64,000 nt of DNA from contig NC_047070.1 of NCBI RefSeq assembly GCF_902459465.1, positions 620,001 through 684,000 of the forward strand, given 5' to 3'. Positions 62,801-64,000 of the stretch are shown one piece after another. A model generated the notes under the pieces. That model saw only the letters and a list, made by a program, of their open reading frames with translations, searched no databases and was not told where the DNA came from. The translations under genes and the position numbers were made by a program. How positions within the stretch are numbered: position 1 is the stretch's first letter; every line of letters starts with the position of its first letter. Source of the DNA: Asterias rubens. Taxonomy: Eukaryota.

Positions 62801-64000
62801 CAGCTTCCAACGTAAACAAATTCCTGTTTCGATCGTTTTCTCACAGTGTTGTCTGTTGTCGTGCGTACGCGTATACATTCGCGTGCAAGACGCATGATGC
62901 AAGCTTAGACGCATGAATTCTTGATCACCGTATCTTGACTGCACAGCGTTAACACGCAACACAATTCAAAATTTGCGCGTCGTGCGTCTTGCGTACACAC
63001 GGCAGACTGTGAGAGTACAAACAAAAATGGGAATTCCTTAACATTGGGAGCTGCATTGTTTCATGAAAATGACGGATTTGTGAAGAATATATGACGATCA
63101 AAACCCACCGCAGAAAAACATATGCTGCCATGGAATGTGAATCTGTTGAAGTTGGTGCTTTCTTGCAGGTAAGATTTGAGTTATGAAGCTGTGAAAATTT
63201 TCCGCCCCAGAAATGTACCCTGATGTCCAGGACGTCATTGTAGTACAAAACGAAAGTGTAAGGCCGCCAGGGCTATGCTCAGCCATGAAATGCGGCAATA
63301 TAATAATAAGTAATAAATAAATAAACAACACCAATCCATATGTGACCCCTTTTCACCATGGGAGCTCGTTAGTTTAGTAGTTTTTGAAGCACGAACCTGT
63401 CCTAGAATGGAAGAAATGATGGAGGAAGGTCATTGGTTCTAATCCTGCCTAAGGTGATAATTAGACAGTTTTTTGTTTTGTTTTCTGTAGAACTCGGAAA
63501 GTAATTGACAACACTGTGCTCATATAATACAATGGTTTTACCAAACTTCACGTATTAATGTGTTTCATTCCACACCCTATAGCGCAAAAACAAGTTCTCA
63601 AATAATGTAACCATATGGAGACATCTTTTGCTCTTGGACACGTTGTCCCTGTTTATAAGATTTTCCCACAGACTTTGTACACAAAATTCCTTGTGGAGCA
63701 CCCTGGTCTTTAGAATTTCCCTATAATGGAGTCCTTTTATTTTCCCTTTTTTGTTTTGTCCTTGGTCTCCACAAACATGAGCACAGCATTCTCCAGAAGA
63801 TGAGCACAGCATTCTCCAGAAGATGAGCACAGCATTCTCCAGAAGATGAGCACAGCATTCTCCAGAAGCTGAGCAGAACAACCACTACCCACAAAAGATG
63901 ATGTTTCATGGTGTCACCTCAAACCTTACTTACTTACCTTCCTGACTTGTGTGACTGCCTTGATACTGTTCCATGTCTTGGTGAGGGCTTTCTGTTGAGC
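41898..64000 (-). CDS. INPP5F: Phosphatidylinositide phosphatase SAC2 (INPP5F), 5'-partial; SAC domain, hSac2 domain and long acidic tail
   Basis: Exons (minus) 63938-64000 (partial), 61875-61947, 58847-58980, 55723-55900, 55309-55488, 54594-54727, 53838-53896, 51243-51320, 50382-50502, 49595-49841, 48462-48669, 47456-47530, 46911-46984, 44078-44206, 43511-43598, 41898-43308; phases all consistent. Motifs [28 protein letters not shown], catalytic [16 protein letters not shown] (CX5RT), [21 protein letters not shown] and C-terminal CQSRFIQL*. Confidence 0.94.
44273..44774. repeat. Minisatellite with 39-bp core and interspersed longer variant units
   Basis: GGCCC(C/T)CTTAATGCATTGACCCGATCAAAACCCTGGACT, with an optional GTGCACTC insertion; about 12 units. 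Confidence 0.95.
45169..46627. mobile_element. Non-autonomous Tc1/mariner (pogo-like) element, TA TSD
   Basis: TA|CCGTAATTTTCGGATTATAAACCGC ... GCGGTTTATAATCCGAAAATTACGG|TA; no transposase ORF. Confidence 0.8.
47573..47705. repeat. Three copies of TTGCAAACTGCTTGCCAATCAAAACAGAATTATT
   Basis: Directly visible. Confidence 0.85.
48270..48425 (-). mobile_element. tRNA-derived SINE-like fragment
   Basis: Minus strand GGTTGGTGTAGTGGT...CCCCGGTTCAAATC (A/B-box-like) followed by a GGGTTTTCCTCCCAC-type tail. Confidence 0.6.
50860..51085 (-). mobile_element. tRNA-derived SINE-like element
   Basis: Minus strand GTGTCATGGCGAAGTGGTTAAGAGC...GAGTTTGAATCC head followed by a CCCAGGAGTATAAATGGGTACC body. 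Confidence 0.6.
51880..52080 (-). mobile_element. tRNA-derived SINE-like element
   Basis: Minus strand GGCATGGTTGGC...CCCCGGTTTGATACCCGGCC head and GGTTTTCCTCCC tail. Confidence 0.6.
52738..53090. repeat. 70-bp minisatellite, 5 copies
   Basis: CCAAAAATATACCTTCCCTTAAAGCTGTTGG... with period 70. Confidence 0.95.
56206..56616. mobile_element. Palindromic (foldback) Kolobok-like MITE, TTAA TSD
   Basis: TTAA|AGGAAC... ...GTTCCT|TTAA; the two halves are reverse complements over most of the length, around a core of repeated TTTATGGGAGT. Confidence 0.85.
56621..56986. mobile_element. Kolobok-like MITE sharing its left TTAA with the previous element
   Basis: TTAA|AGCCATTAGACCCTTTCGGTA ... TACCGAAAGGGTCCAATGGCT|TTAA. 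Confidence 0.85.
60208..60468. mobile_element. MITE, GGGCCCAATTTCATAGAGCTGCT TIR family
   Basis: CCAGGGCCCAATTTCATAGAGCTGCT ... AGCAGCTCTATGAAATTTGGCCCTGG. Confidence 0.8.
60754..61514. mobile_element. Two Kolobok-like MITEs in inverted orientation sharing one TTAA
   Basis: Copy 1 at 60754-61132, TTAA at 61133-61136, copy 2 at 61137-61514 (reverse orientation); outer TTAA on both sides. Confidence 0.88.
62633..63222. mobile_element. Foldback element of about 590 bp with long diverged inverted arms
   Basis: GGGCGGAAAAATTTCACAGCTTCATAAC... (62647) mirrors ...GTTATGAAGCTGTGAAAATTTTCCGCCC (about 63208); TSD not resolved. Confidence 0.75.
63779..63872. repeat. 23-bp tandem repeat, about 4 copies
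   Basis: TGAGCACAGCATTCTCCAGAAGA repeated. Confidence 0.9.

Overview
AT-rich animal genomic DNA, not prokaryotic. It is probably an invertebrate deuterostome such as a sea star; this is inferred from protein similarity and recalled repeat types, not from a search. I reconstructed five spliced genes by hand with consistent reading phase: SFXN2-like sideroflexin (+, 9 exons), BNIP3/NIX-like (-, 6 exons), a compact FBXO30/40-like F-box gene (-), GOLGA7 (+, 5 exons, last intron U12-type) and the 3' part of INPP5F/Sac2 (-, 16 exons; the 5' end lies beyond the window). Introns hold many non-autonomous DNA transposons (TTAA/Kolobok-like, TA/pogo-like, and TAG...CTA elements with 9-bp TSDs), tRNA-derived repeats, hammerhead-like remnants and minisatellites, one of which multiplies a real splice donor about 20 times. 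There is no CRISPR array, no intact transposase and no convincing functional tRNA. I found several unusual features but cannot claim a clearly new biological system. Comparisons to human proteins are from memory and need alignment.
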